Source of the DNA: Eledone cirrhosa
Taxonomy: Eukaryota
Reading direction: 5' to 3'
Assembly (NCBI GenBank): GCA_964016885.1
Contig: CAXHJY010001205.1
Span: 1,883 to 65,882, forward strand
Length of the DNA stretch: 64,000 nt
Part shown: positions 17,605 to 31,799 of the stretch, one piece after another
Layout of the letters: every line of letters starts with the position of its first letter
How positions within the stretch are numbered: position 1 is the first letter of the stretch
The notes under the pieces: model-generated
What the model was told of the DNA's origin: nothing
Seen by the model: the letters and a program-made list of their open reading frames with translations, nothing else
Databases searched by the model: none
Program-made: the position numbers and the translations under genes

Positions 17605-19004
17605 GGTGGATTGGCAGTATCGGTAGAGGGTCGGACGCCATGCTTTCCAGCATAGAGTTACGTCCCTTTACGATCCGAGTTCAAATCCCGCCTACGTTGA
17701 CTTTGCCTTTCATCCTTACGGGGTCGATAAAATAAAGTACCAGTAATGCACTGGGTAATTGCTGGTAATTGTGCCAAAAGTAGAAACAATTATTTAATGT
17801 TTACAGGCGGTGGATTGGCAGTATCGGTAGAGGGTCGGACGCCATGCTAGGGCGGTGGATTGGCAGTATCGGTAGAGGGTCGGACGCCATGCTAGGGCGG
17901 TGGATTGGCAGTATCGGTAGAGGGTCGGACGCCATGCTAGGGCGGTGGATTGGCAGTATCGGTAGAGGGTCGGACGCCATGCTAGGGCGGTGGATTGGCA
18001 GTATCGGTAGAGGGTCGGACGCCATGCTAGGGCGGTGGATTGGCAGTATCGGTAGAGGGTCGGACGCCATGCTAGGGCGGTGGATTGGCAGTATCGGTAG
18101 AGGGTCGGACGCCATGCTAGGGCGGTGGATTGGCAGTATCGGTAGAGGGTCGGACGCCATGCTAGGGCGGTGGATTGGCAGTATCGGTAGAGGGTCGGAC
18201 GCCATGCTAGGGCGGTGGATTGGCAGTATCGGTAGAGGGTCGGACGCCATGCTAGGGCGGTGGATTGGCAGTATCGGTAGAGGGTCGGACGCCATGCTAG
18301 GGCGGTGGATTGGCAGTATCGGTAGAGGGTCGGACGCCATGCTAGGGCGGTGGATTGGCAGTATCGGTAGAGGGTCGGACGCCATGCTTTCCAGCATAGA
18401 GTTACGTTCCTTTACGATCTGAGTTCAAATCCCGCCGAGGTTGACTTTGCCTTTCATCCTTATGGGGTCGATAAAATAAAGTACCAGTAATGCACTGGGT
18501 AATTGCTGGTAATTGTGCCAAAAGTAGAAACAATTATTTAATGTTTACAGGCGGTGGATTGGCAGTATCGGTAGAGGGTCGGACGCCATGCTAGGGCGGT
18601 GGATTGGCAGTATCGGTAGAGGGTCGGACGCCATGCTAGGGCGGTGGATTGGCAGTATCGGTAGAGGGTCGGACGCCATGCTAGGGCGGTGGATTGGCAG
18701 TATCGGTAGAGGGTCGGACGCCATGCTAGGGCGGTGGATTGGCAGTATCGGTAGAGGGTCGGACGCCATGCTAGGGCGGTGGATTGGCAGTATCGGTAGA
18801 GGGTCGGACGCCATGCTAGGGCGGTGGATTGGCAGTATCGGTAGAGGGTCAGACGCCATGCTTTCCAGCATAGAGTTACGTCCCTTTACGATCTGAGTTC
18901 AAATCCCGCCGAGGTTGACTTTGCCTTTCATCCTTACAGGGTCGATAAAATAAAGTACCAGTAATGCACTGGGTAATTGCTGGCCTTGTGCCTAAAGTAG
19001 AAAC
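17605..19004 (+). mobile_element. Trimer of Meta-like tRNA-SINE with amplified 45-bp heads, flanked by a 20-bp TSD
   Basis: A-box tggcagtatcgg, B-box gagttcaaatccc, Meta-like gactttgcctttcatccttacggggtcgataaaataaagtacc; agttattgcttaatcttagc at 17577-17596 and 19005-19024. Confidence 0.85.
17806..18862 (+). repeat. 45-bp tandem repeat of the SINE 5' end (13 and 7 copies)
   Basis: ggcggtggattggcagtatcggtagagggtcggacgccatgctag repeated at 17806-18388 and 18550-18862. Confidence 0.95.
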
Positions 19005-19814
19005 AGTTATTGCTTAATCTTAGCCAAACGAGGATTTCGCTTTAGTACAATGTTTGTGTGTGTTTGTGTGGGTTTGTATGTGTGTGTGTGGGGCAGTTTG
19101 TAAGTGTGGGTGTGTGTGTGTGTGTGTGGGGTGAACTAATGTGTGTGGGGGTGGGTGATTGGGTGTATGTGTGTGGGTTGTAAGTATTTCAGGCAGATAG
19201 GAGTGTTGTTCAGTATGTTGGATGGTGATGATGATGATGTTGATGGTGGTGGTGGTGGTGGTGGTGGTGGTGGTGGTGGTGGTGGTGGTGGTGGTGGGGA
19301 TTATGATGATGATGGTGTTGGTGATGGTAGTGGTGGTGGTGGTGTTGGTGGTGGTGATGATGATGGTGGTAGTGTTGGTGGTGGTGGTGGCGGTGGCGGT
19401 GGTGTTGGCGGTGATGATGGTGGTGGTGATGGTGATTATGATGATGATGGTGGTGTTGGTGGTGCTGGTGTTGGTGTAAAAATAAATGCGAGTATCTTGG
19501 TCACCATATAAACCTTTCAGATAACCCTTGAACATATATACCAGGCAATCGCAACCTTTTTCGAGAAGTGGGCCCCATGAGATATGGCTCATCATCAGGC
19601 AGGCCGCAAGCGCTAATTTACATTCGTGCCCACATTAAAAAAAGGGTGGTAACTCAGGTTGTTTTCATTTGTTTCCTCAGAATTTGTACACGTTGCTTTC
19701 CTCGATCGTAAAATTGATAGAAAGATAAATTATGACTGAAAAGTTGGAGTAAAAAAAATCAGAAAGATTTAACTTAGGTGACTTAGGTGGCGCTGCAGGT
19801 TGCTTATGACTGAT

Positions 19815-20111
19815 ATATACAGACAAAAAACACCCAGTCCATGCTGTAAAGTGGTCATGTAGGTGTCATGACAAAAAGCACCCAGTACTCACTGTATAGT
19901 GATCATGTCGGTGTCACAACAAAAAGCACCCAGTCCACACTGTAAATGTGGTTGACGTTAGGAAGGGCATCCAGCTGTAGAAACCAAGCCAGTAACAGTT
20001 CTATATGAGCAAGACATGGTCACCTGACCTGGCATTTCTCGCAACAGGACAACTCGTCTAACCCATGCTAGTGTGGAAAGTGGACGTTAAACGATGATGA
20101 TGATGATGATG
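19815..20111 (+). mobile_element. RTE 3' UTR / tail module
   Basis: Three aaaaagcacccag..cactgta modules, then ttaggaagggcatccagctgtagaaa...aacccatgctagtgtggaaagtggacgttaaacg(atg)n; matches 59395-59670. Confidence 0.75.
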
Positions 20112-20186
20112 AATGACTATTATCAAACAAAAAAATTAAAAACAAAAAAATATAACAAAGCAAATTATGCACTGATGAAATATTGT

Positions 20187-20304
20187 TTCTACGTTTGGCA
20201 CAAGGCCAGCAATTAACCCCAGTGCATTACTGGTACTTTATTTTATCGACCCCGTAAGGATGAAAGGCAAAGTTAACCTTGGCGGGAGGGACTTGAACTC
20301 AGAA
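20187..20304 (-). mobile_element. 5'-truncated Meta-like SINE with 14-bp TSD
   Basis: SINE 3' half flanked by tgatgaaatattgt at 20173-20186 and 20305-20318. Confidence 0.85.
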
Positions 20305-20799
20305 TGATGAAATATTGTGAGACTGAAGGTAGTAAATGTTGAAGATGATTGTTTCATTAAGTTTTTATTGATGAATTATCGAGGTACATGCTGGTTTATT
20401 TTGTAGCCAAGCTGTTGCTGCCAAAATTTGTATTGATACCAAAATATGGCAAAGAAAGAAATCTTAGTAATAAACCGGTAACTAAATATACACAGAAATC
20501 AAGTAAGTGGTATATTCTCATTAACAGTGTAGTGTAAATCTCAGTGAAGTGTCAAAAATGGAAACCTATCTACTAGAATAAGGATATTTTACTAACAGAA
20601 AACAAACTAACACTTGATGAAACTATTTCTTTGTTGGTGGGGGAAGGGGATAATAATAATGGTAATGATGATAATGAAAATTATTGTGTACAGTGCTCAG
20701 GTGCACTACAACTCATCAAATGTGCATGTATAGTACAAAGAATAATGTACAAATGTCAGGAAAGTGAACAATGAGTCATAATATACACAGACACCTCCC

Positions 20800-20852
<53 letters not shown>

Positions 20853-21230
20853 GATAATGATAGTTATTGTGTACAGTGCTCAGGTGCACTACAACTCATC
20901 AAAGGTGCATGTATAGTGCATAGAATAATGTACAAATGTCAGGAAAGTGAACAGTGTATGAATCATGTTATACACAGACACACATCCCCCCCACAGTGTT
21001 GGTCAAAAGAAGACTTGATCTACATGAAGGTTAACCTGCACTTGATGTCATCCCAGTTGCGTCTGACTCTTATGTACTTGGGGGAGGGGGGGAGGGGTCT
21101 TCATCAAACCCAAACAGCCAGAGCTGACATGAGTTTCTGGTCCATGTCTAGTTCTGACTTCTTGTTGAGAACCTCTCTGACAAGGGTGCAGCTGAAGGTT
21201 GACATCCTCCCACTTATGTCAGATACCTAT

Positions 21231-21560
21231 GGAGGCACATGGCTTAGTGGTTAGAGCATTGGCCTTGCAATCAAAAGGTTGTGAGTTCAATTCTCAGACC
21301 AGGTGATGTGTTGTTTCCTTGAGCAAGACACTTTATTTCACATTGCTCCAGTTTACTCAGCTGTAGAAATGAGATAATAGGGACTGGGGTCCCTATCATT
21401 CCACTGCAAAGGAGGTGCCACGGCAAAAAAGCACCCAGCACTCACTGTAAATGAGGTTGGTGTTAGGAAGGGCATCCAGCTGTAGAAATCAAGCCAGCAT
21501 CAGTTCCCGTCCCACCCTTGCAAGCAGGGAAAAGCGTTGTAAAATGAAATGATGATGATG
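21231..21560 (+). mobile_element. Full-length CORE-like tRNA-SINE with RTE-type tail
   Basis: A-box tggcttagtgg, B-box gagttcaattc, CORE-like ccttgagcaagacacttt, tail shared with the RTE 3' UTR, (GAT)n end. Confidence 0.85.
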
Positions 21561-22422
21561 ATATATTTATATATATATATATCATCATCATCATCATCGT
21601 TTAAGTCTCCTCTTCTTTAAGTCTCCTCCTACATATTGAGGGAGAGCTGACTCGAGCTTCTGGTCCATGTCTAGTTCTGACTCCTTGTTGAGAACCTCTC
21701 TGACGAGGGTACAGCTACAAGTGATGGTACCAAGTCAAATGTTACCATGTCGGAACTTTACAGACTAGTTCAGTGCAGTGTCAATTGATGGTATCAAGTT
21801 TATTGAAGTGATTCATATGAGGGGGAAGTGAATAGGTTTTAAATAAACTGTGTGGGTGTGTGGTTGAATTAAAGTGTGTGGGTGTGTGTGGTTGAATTAA
21901 AGTGTGTGAGTGTATGAAATAAAGTGTCTAACAGTATGAGTTAGTATGTGGCTGAGTTAGTATGTGTGTGTGAGTGAGTTAATATGTGTCAGTTAGTGTG
22001 TGAGTGAGAGACTGTGTGTATTTCAGCTTGATTTAAATTTGCTGAGGATGTCAATGGTTGAGTGACTTGGAGAACTAAAGTGTGTGTGTGTGTTAGTGAA
22101 TAGTTGTGTGAGCGAGTGTGTGTGTGTAATGATGATGATGATGATGATAATCAAAAGAACGTCAAACATAAAAGAAGAGATTGAAACAAAGATATATATA
22201 TATATATAAAGATATATATATATATCTTTATATATATATATATATAAATATATATCTTTATATATATATATATATCTTTATATATATATATATATCTTTA
22301 TATATGTATATGTATATATATATAGAGAGAGAGAGAGTGGGGCAGAGAGGGAGATGAAAGAAACATAGATAGGTTAATAGATACAAAAAGATAGAAAGAA
22401 AGACACTTAGAGGGAGAGAGGC

Positions 22423-22489
<67 letters not shown>

Positions 22490-23439
22490 GAGAGAGATTC
22501 AGTGTGAGAGATTGATAAAAAAATAATAGTGACACAGAAAGTGGTGGAGGAAAGAAGTATATCTAGATTGATTGATATAAAGGGAGAGAGATAAAGATAA
22601 AGGGAGACAGAGGGGATAAAGATGAGATATAGAGAGGGAAGGTGAGAAGAAGAAATTAGAGAACACTACCAAAAAAAAAAAAAAAATACACCACACCTCC
22701 AGTAAAAGACCACATTAGCGTCTAAACCAAATAAGATATTTCACAGTTGATATATTCCTAAGATTCCATAACATTTCCTGTAAAACCTTATTTTCTTTAG
22801 GACATTCTTCAAAAGATAGATTTTCTTGTCGAAATAAATTTCAATTGGTTTATGAATATTTGCATCCGAAACCATTTCCAAAGAAAGCTAGGAAATCGTT
22901 TGCAATTGATGGATGGCTCTCAAGATGGTTTTCTCTCTAAAAATAGCAAAACGGTTTTTGCGGTAAACTGCACATAAATAATAGGGTACATTAAGTGTAT
23001 TTTCCGCTAAGTTTCCTCTAATCTAGATGCCATTGTATCGCTACACTGTATAACTCTCATTGGACTTCGGTCGTTGTAGAATATTCCATGAGGGGGGGAA
23101 AAAAGAAAAGAAATGTTGTTATCATGGCACATAAAAGCAAGTATATGAAACAGAAATTATCAAATCTTTAGAGAATTATTTTAACATTTTGCTTTATATA
23201 TATATATATATATATATTAAGTTTTGGTAATTTGAAAAAGTTATTTTTGGAGAGAGAGACAGACAGTCAAGCAGATTGACTGACAGATAAATAGCTAGAT
23301 AGAAAGGAAAATTAATTGCAATTTTCCCTGACATAGACACAAAATTTCAGGGGAAAAAATTGGTGGCAGGCAGAGGGAGATTTTGTGATGGTAATGGCAG
23401 CTTATACATGAGCAATGAAGGGAATTTAAGGCCACAACT

Positions 23440-23590
23440 AACATAATATCAAATCTATGAGATTTTAATATTATTTATTTTGAGAACAATACCTTAACAT
23501 AAATATATGCAGCCAGTTACTGCCAGTTTGAACAGAAAGAGGTGATAGAATTTAGGCCAAATACAGCCAGTTTAAATGCTAAAGGGTCAA
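23440..23590. mobile_element. Half of piggyBac-like MITE
   Basis: Homologous to 44555-44702; ends aaatgctaaagggtcaa. Confidence 0.6.
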
Positions 23591-23834
23591 CCTTTTTGAT
23601 GCCAGCCCAGCCAAAAACAGACCTTGCTTAGATGAAAGAAAACTATACATTTTAAAGGTTTCTTATTTAAATTAAAGTCTTCCAGCATAATTTAAGAACA
23701 TGTTAAGTTATCATCTTAGTGTAATTAAGATTTCTGCTTTGAAACCCAACAAAATCCCTTCCAGTTGACACCAGCTTACAAATTGTGAATTACTAGTTAC
23801 TGTAATGTATCCAATGTTACAGCTATGTGTACAT

Positions 23835-23985
23835 CAGGGAATTGTCAGAGTTGTTAGAACATCGGATGGAGTACCTTGTGGTATTTGTTCTGGCTCTCTG
23901 CTCTATGAGTTCAAATCCCGCCGAGTTCAACTTTGCCTTTCATCCTTTTGAGGTCAATAAAAAAGTACCAGTCCTGTACTGGGCT
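23835..23985 (+). mobile_element. Diverged Meta-like SINE
   Basis: tgagttcaaatcccgccgagttcaactttgcctttcatccttttgaggtcaataaaaaagtaccagt. Confidence 0.7.
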
Positions 23986-24154
23986 CTATTCTTCCTCTAT
24001 ATCTTCCTCACTCTTTTTCTCTCACTTTCTATCAGTTTCTGGAAGAAATCTGCTGTATTCAGACCTGGAGAGAGGTGGGTTCCCCAGGTTTAAAAATGCC
24101 CAAGAAACACTGCATGTTGCTATGGCACCCATACGACTCTACCAGGAGTTATGG

Positions 24155-24612
24155 GACCATACCATAGTATACCATACCATACTGTACCATACCATTCCAT
24201 AGTATACCATACTGTACTATACCATTCCATAGTATACCATACCATACTGTACCATACCATAGTATACCATACTGTACCATACCATACTATACCATTCCAT
24301 AGTATACCATACTATACCATACCATTCCATAGTATACCATACTGTACCATACCATACTATACCATTCCATAGTATACCATACTATACCATATCATACTAT
24401 ACCATACCATACCATACTATACCATGCCATACCATATTATACCATGCCATACCATACCATAGTATACCATACTATACCATACCATTCCATACCATTCCAT
24501 ACCATTCCATAGTATACCATACCATACTGTACCATACCATACCATACCATTCCATAGTATACCATACTATACTATACCATACTATACCATACCATTCCAT
24601 AGTATACCATAG
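24155..24612. repeat. (CCATA)n pentanucleotide-based repeat
   Basis: Direct. Confidence 0.9.
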
Positions 24613-25189
24613 CTATATGTGTGTTGCTGGGATTTATCAGATAAAACTAGATTGACCATAAACCATATATGAAGAGCCCCAAAGAAAGCTGAAACATTGG
24701 TACTGAAATGAACCAATCCCAGACGATGGGGAGGAGTATTCTCTGCTGTTTGTATTAATTTGGCCATTATTTCAGGTCTGGCAATGTGAAAAATTGAACG
24801 GAAAATTATCAGAGACATGAAGATGATCACATTAATGGTGCCTTATTGGGAAAGAGCCAGAAAAATCTAAACTGTATTTGTGCACATCTGTCAAAACATT
24901 AATTGTTCTTGTTCTGTTAAAGTTGCATGGTTTGCTTTGTAAGAAATCAGACACTGCAGTAAACAGCAGAGAAAGTAAAGTGTTGATGAGGACGATGAAG
25001 ATGAAGAAAATGTGATAAACAGATCGAAAGTAAAATAAATAGCTGGAGTAGACAGACTGAAGTTGAAGATTGCCTATTACAGTTGTCAGGCGATATTTTC
25101 TAAATTATCTGACATGGCATAAACACGGCACACATGATGAAACAACAACAGCAAACAAAAAAAACTAAAGTAGAAACAAAAACATTGCT

Positions 25190-28100
25190 CAAATTATTAC
25201 AGTTATCAGGCGATATTTTGTAGCTAGCCTAACATGACACAACATGGCAGCCATGATGAGGAACAAAAAGAAATCCTTGGCCAAATTATTACAGTTATCA
25301 GCCGATATTTTGTAGCTAGCCTAACATGACACAACATGGCAGCCATGATGAGGAACAAAAAGAAATCCTTGGCCAAATTATTACAGTTATCAGGCGATAT
25401 TTTGTAGCTAGCCTAACATGACACAACATGGCAGCCATGATGAGGAACAAAAAGAAATCCTTGGCCAAATTATTACAGTTATCAGCCGATATTTTGTAGC
25501 TAGCCTAACATGACACAACATGGCAGCCATGATGAGGAACAAAAAGAAATCCTTGGCCAAATTATTACAGTTATCAGGCGATATTTTGTAGCTAGCCTAA
25601 CATGACACAACATGGCAGCCATGATGAGGAACAAAAAGAAATCCTTGGCCAAATTATTACAGTTATCAACCGATATTTTGTAGCTAGCCTAACATGACAC
25701 AACATGGCAGCCATGATGAGGAACAAAAAGAAATCCTTGGCCAAATTATTACAGTTATCAACCGATATTTTGTAGCTAGCCTAACATGACACAACATGGC
25801 AGCCATGATGAGGAACAAAAAGAAATCCTTGGCCAAATTATTACAGTTATCAACCGATATTTTGTAGCTAGCCTAACATGACACAACATGGCAGCCATGA
25901 TGAGGAACAAAAAGAAATCCTTGGCCAAATTATTACAGTTATCAGCCGATATTTTGTAGCTAGCCTAACATGACACAACATGGCAGCCATGATGAGGAAC
26001 AAAAAGAAATCCTTGGCCAAATTATTACAGTTATCAACCGATATTTTGTAGCTAGCCTAACATGACACAACATGGCAGCCATGATGAGGAACAAAAAGAA
26101 ATCCTTGGCCAAATTATTACAGTTATCAACCGATATTTTGTAGCTAGCCTAACATGACACAACATGGCAGCCATGATGAGGAACAAAAAGAAATCCTTGG
26201 CCAAATTATTACAGTTATCAGGCGATATTTTGTAGCTAGCCTAACATGACACAACATGGCAGCCATGATGAGGAACAAAAAGAAATCCTTGGCCAAATTA
26301 TTACAGTTATCAACCGATATTTTGTAGCTAGCCTAACATGACACAACATGGCAGCCATGATGAGGAACAAAAAGAAATCCTTGGCCAAATTATTACAGTT
26401 ATCAGGCGATATTTTGTAGCTAGCCTAACATGACACAACATGGCAGCCATGATGAGGAACAAAAAGAAATCCTTGGCCAAATTATTACAGTTATCAACCG
26501 ATATTTTGTAGCTAGCCTAACATGACACAACATGGCAGCCATGATGAGGAACAAAAAGAAATCCTTGGCCAAATTATTACAGTTATCAACCGATATTTTG
26601 TAGCTAGCCTAACATGACACAACATGGCAGCCATGATGAGGAACAAAAAGAAATCCTTGGCCAAATTATTACAGTTATCAACCGATATTTTGTAGCTAGC
26701 CTAACATGACACAACATGGCAGCCATGATGAGGAACAAAAAGAAATCCTTGGCCAAATTATTACAGTTATCAGCCGATATTTTGTAGCTAGCCTAACATG
26801 ACACAACATGGCAGCCATGATGAGGAACAAAAAGAAATCCTTGGCCAAATTATTACAGTTATCAGGCGATATTTTGTAGCTAGCCTAACATGACACAACA
26901 TGGCAGCCATGATGAGGAACAAAAAGAAATCCTTGGCCAAATTATTACAGTTATCAGGCGATATTTTGTAGCTAGCCTAACATGACACAACATGGCAGCC
27001 ATGATGAGGAACAAAAAGAAATCCTTGGCCAAATTATTACAGTTATCAACCGATATTTTGTAGCTAGCCTAACATGACACAACATGGCAGCCATGATGAG
27101 GAACAAAAAGAAATCCTTGGCCAAATTATTACAGTTATCAACCGATATTTTGTAGCTAGCCTAACATGACACAACATGGCAGCCATGATGAGGAACAAAA
27201 AGAAATCCTTGGCCAAATTATTACAGTTATCAGCCGATATTTTGTAGCTAGCCTAACATGACACAACATGGCAGCCATGATGAGGAACAAAAAGAAATCC
27301 TTGGCCAAATTATTACAGTTATCAACCGATATTTTGTAGCTAGCCTAACATGACACAACATGGCAGCCATGATGAGGAACAAAAAGAAATCCTTGGCCAA
27401 ATTATTACAGTTATCAACCGATATTTTGTAGCTAGCCTAACATGACACAACATGGCAACCATGATGAGGAACAAAAAGAAATCCTTGGCCAAATTATTAC
27501 AGTTATCAGGCGATATTTTGTAGCTAGCCTAACATGACACAACATGGCAGCCATGATGAGGAACAAAAAGAAATCCTTGGCCAAATTATTACAGTTATCA
27601 ACCGATATTTTGTAGCTAGCCTAACATGACACAACATGGCAGCCATGATGAGGAACAAAAAGAAATCCTTGGCCAAATTATTACAGTTATCAGGCGATAT
27701 TTTGTAGCTAGCCTAACATGACACAACATGGCAGCCATGATGAGGAACAAAAAGAAATCCTTGGCCAAATTATTACAGTTATCAACCGATATTTTGTAGC
27801 TAGCCTAACATGACACAACATGGCAGCCATGATGAGGAACAAAAAGAAATCCTTGGCCAAATTATTACAGTTATCAGGCGATATTTTGTAGCTAGCCTAA
27901 CATGACACAACATGGCAGCCATGATGAGGAACAAAAAGAAATCCTTGGCCAAATTATTACAGTTATCAGGCGATATTTTGTAGCTAGCCTAACATGACAC
28001 AACATGGCAGCCATGATGAGGAACAAAAAGAAATCCTTGGCCAAATTATTACAGTTATCAACCGATATTTTGTAGCTAGCCTAACATGACACAACATGGC

Positions 28101-31100
28101 AGCCATGATGAGGAACAAAAAGAAATCCTTGGCCAAATTATTACAGTTATCAGGCGATATTTTGTAGCTAGCCTAACATGACACAACATGGCAGCCATGA
28201 TGAGGAACAAAAAGAAATCCTTGGCCAAATTATTACAGTTATCAACCGATATTTTGTAGCTAGCCTAACATGACACAACATGGCAGCCATGATGAGGAAC
28301 AAAAAGAAATCCTTGGCCAAATTATTACAGTTATCAGGCGATATTTTGTAGCTAGCCTAACATGACACAACATGGCAGCCATGATGAGGAACAAAAAGAA
28401 ATCCTTGGCCAAATTATTACAGTTATCAGGCGATATTTTGTAGCTAGCCTAACATGACACAACATGGCAGCCATGATGAGGAACAAAAAGAAATCCTTGG
28501 CCAAATTATTACAGTTATCAGGCGATATTTTGTAGCTAGCCTAACATGACACAACATGGCAGCCATGATGAGGAACAAAAAGAAATCCTTGGCCAAATTA
28601 TTACAGTTATCAGGCGATATTTTGTAGCTAGCCTAACATGACACAACATGGCAGCCATGATGAGGAACAAAAAGAAATCCTTGGCCAAATTATTACAGTT
28701 ATCAGGCGATATTTTGTAGCTAGCCTAACATGACACAACATGGCAGCCATGATGAGGAACAAAAAGAAATCCTTGGCCAAATTATTACAGTTATCAACCG
28801 ATATTTTGTAGCTAGCCTAACATGACACAACATGGCAGCCATGATGAGGAACAAAAAGAAATCCTTGGCCAAATTATTACAGTTATCAACCGATATTTTG
28901 TAGCTAGCCTAACATGACACAACATGGCAGCCATGATGAGGAACAAAAAGAAATCCTTGGCCAAATTATTACAGTTATCAACCGATATTTTGTAGCTAGC
29001 CTAACATGACACAACATGGCAGCCATGATGAGGAACAAAAAGAAATCCTTGGCCAAATTATTACAGTTATCAACCGATATTTTGTAGCTAGCCTAACATG
29101 ACACAACATGGCAGCCATGATGAGGAACAAAAAGAAATCCTTGGCCAAATTATTACAGTTATCAACCGATATTTTATAGCTAGCCTAACATGACACAACA
29201 TGGCAGCCATGATGAGGAACAAAAAGAAATCCTTGGCCAAATTATTACAGTTATCAGGCGATATTTTGTAGCTAGCCTAACATGACACAACATGGCAGCC
29301 TTGATGAGGAACAAAAAGAAATCCTTGGCCAAATTATTACAGTTATCAGGCGATATTTTGTAGCTAGCCTAACATGACACAACATGGCAGCCATGATGAG
29401 GAACAAAAAGAAATCCTTGGCCAAATTATTACAGTTATCAGGCGATATTTTGTAGCTAGCCTAACATGACACAACATGGCAGCCATGATGAGGAACAAAA
29501 AGAAATCCTTGGCCAAATTATTACAGTTATCAGGCGATATTTTGTAGCTAGCCTAACATGACACAACATGGCAGCCATGATGAGGAACAAAAAGAAATCC
29601 TTGGCCAAATTATTACAGTTATCAGGCGATATTTTGTAGCTAGCCTAACATGACACAACATGGCAGCCATGATGAGGAACAAAAAGAAATCCTTGGCCAA
29701 ATTATTACAGTTATCAACCGATATTTTGTAGCTAGCCTAACATGACACAACATGGCAGCCATGATGAGGAACAAAAAGAAATCCTTGGCCAAATTATTAC
29801 AGTTATCAACCGATATTTTGTAGCTAGCCTAACATGACACAACATGGCAGCCATGATGAGGAACAAAAAGAAATCCTTGGCCAAATTATTACAGTTATCA
29901 ACCGATATTTTGTAGCTAGCCTAACATGACACAACATGGCAGCCATGATGAGGAACAAAAAGAAATCCTTGGCCAAATTATTACAGTTATCAACCGATAT
30001 TTTGTAGCTAGCCTAACATGACAAAACATGGCAGCCATGATGAGGAACAAAAAGAAATCCTTGGCCAAATTATTACAGTTATCAACCGATATTTTGTAGC
30101 TAGCCTAACATGACACAACATGGCAGCCATGATGAGGAACAAAAAGAAATCCTTGGCCAAATTATTACAGTTATCAGGCGATATTTTGTAGCTAGCCTAA
30201 CATGACACAACATGGCAGCCTTGATGAGGAACAAAAAGAAATCCTTGGCCAAATTATTACAGTTATCAGGCGATATTTTGTAGCTAGCCTAACATGACAC
30301 AACATGGCAGCCTTGATGAGGAACAAAAAGAAATCCTTGGCCAAATTATTACAGTTATCAAGCGATATTTTGTAGCTAGCCTAACATGACACAACATGGC
30401 AGCCATGATGAGGAACAAAAGCAAATCCTTGGCCAAATTATTACAGTTATCAAGCGATATTTTGTAGCTAGCCTAACATGACACAACATGGCAGCCATGA
30501 TGAGGAACAAAAAGAAATCCTTGGCCAAATTATTACAGTTATCAGGCGATATTTTGTAGCTAGCCTAACATGACACAACATGGCAGCCATGATGAGGAAC
30601 AAAAGCAAATCCTTGGCCAAATTATTACAGTTATCAGGCGATATTTTGTAGCTAGCCTAACATGACACAACATGGCAGCCTTGATGAGGAACAAAAAGAA
30701 ATCCTTGGCCAAATTATTACAGTTATCAGGCGATATTTTGTAACTAGCCTAACATGACACAACATGGCAGCCATGATGAGGAACAAAAGCAAATCCTTGG
30801 CCAAATTATTACAGTTATCAGGCCATATTTTGTAGCTAGCCTAACATGACACAACATGGCAGCCATGATGAGGAACAAAAGCAAATCCTTGGCCAAATTA
30901 TTACAGTTATCAAGCGATATTTTGTAGCTAGCCTAACATGACACAACATGGCAGCCATGATGAGGAACAAAAAGAAATCCTTGGCCAAATTATTACAGTT
31001 ATCAGGCGATATTTTGTAGCTAGCCTAACATGACACAACATGGCAGCCATGATGAGGAACAAAAGCAAATCCTTGGCCAAATTATTACAGTTATCAGGCG

Positions 31101-31385
31101 ATATTTTGTAGCTAGCCTAACATGACACAACATGGCAGCCATGATGAGGAACAAAAGCAAATCCTTGGCCAAATTATTCCAGTTATCAAGCGATATTTTG
31201 TAGCTAGCCTAACATGACACAACATGGCAGCCATGATGAGGAACAAAAAGAAATCCTTGGCCAAATTATTACAGTTATCAGGCAATATTTTGTAGCTAGC
31301 CTAACATGACACAACATGGCAGCCATGATGAGGAACAAAAGCAAATCCTTGCCCAAATTATTACAGTTATCAGGCAATATTTTCT
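25190..31385. repeat. 92-bp tandem satellite, ~67 copies
   Basis: Unit ccaaattattacagttatca[gg/gc/ac/ag]cgatattttgtagctagcctaacatgacacaacatggcagccatgatgaggaacaaaaagaaatccttgg; period 92 (25281, 25373, 25465). Confidence 0.97.
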
Positions 31386-31799
31386 GGATAGTTTGTGATG
31401 AAAAACATTGCCCAAATTATTACAACTGTCAGGCGATATATTCTAAATGGTCTTACTGGACACAACATTGCTCAAATTATTCAGTGTCAGTGAACAAAAC
31501 AAGATTGATTTTTAGCATTTCTGACACCTCTCCATTCTAGAACAATCTCCTAAATTGAGATAGTTTTAACTTATCTTGTAGATTTGTGCATGCTATATAT
31601 AAGATTGGAATATACACATCCTCTGATATAAACATTCAAACTGTCAGTATCTTTAATCAAAACTTTATCCCCCACTCCCAATACACATAGACACAACACA
31701 ACACAACAAAAGTTATTGTTAGCCACATCTAAGTTTTTCATTATAACAATCTACTATTATGTAAGATCAATATTAGAACAATCTATTTACATAATAATA

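Noticed and set aside
17801-18896. ORFs of 100-198 aa on both strands
   Set aside because: Artefact of a stop-free 45-bp (15-codon) SINE-head repeat.
19520-19610. Terminal exon ITLEHIYQAIATFFEKWAP*
   Set aside because: Too short to support; caggcaatcgcaacctttt..gggcc looks more like a hAT-type MITE end.
21231-21305. tRNA gene
   Set aside because: The tRNA-like head has A and B boxes but no proper acceptor stem, and continues into a SINE body present in several copies.
25190-31385. CRISPR array, or tandem hammerhead/snoRNA array (ATGATGA...GAAA in each 92-bp unit)
   Set aside because: There are no unique spacers and the context is eukaryotic. The motif is cATGATGA rather than CTGANGA, no stems I or III form, and there is no D box (CTGA).
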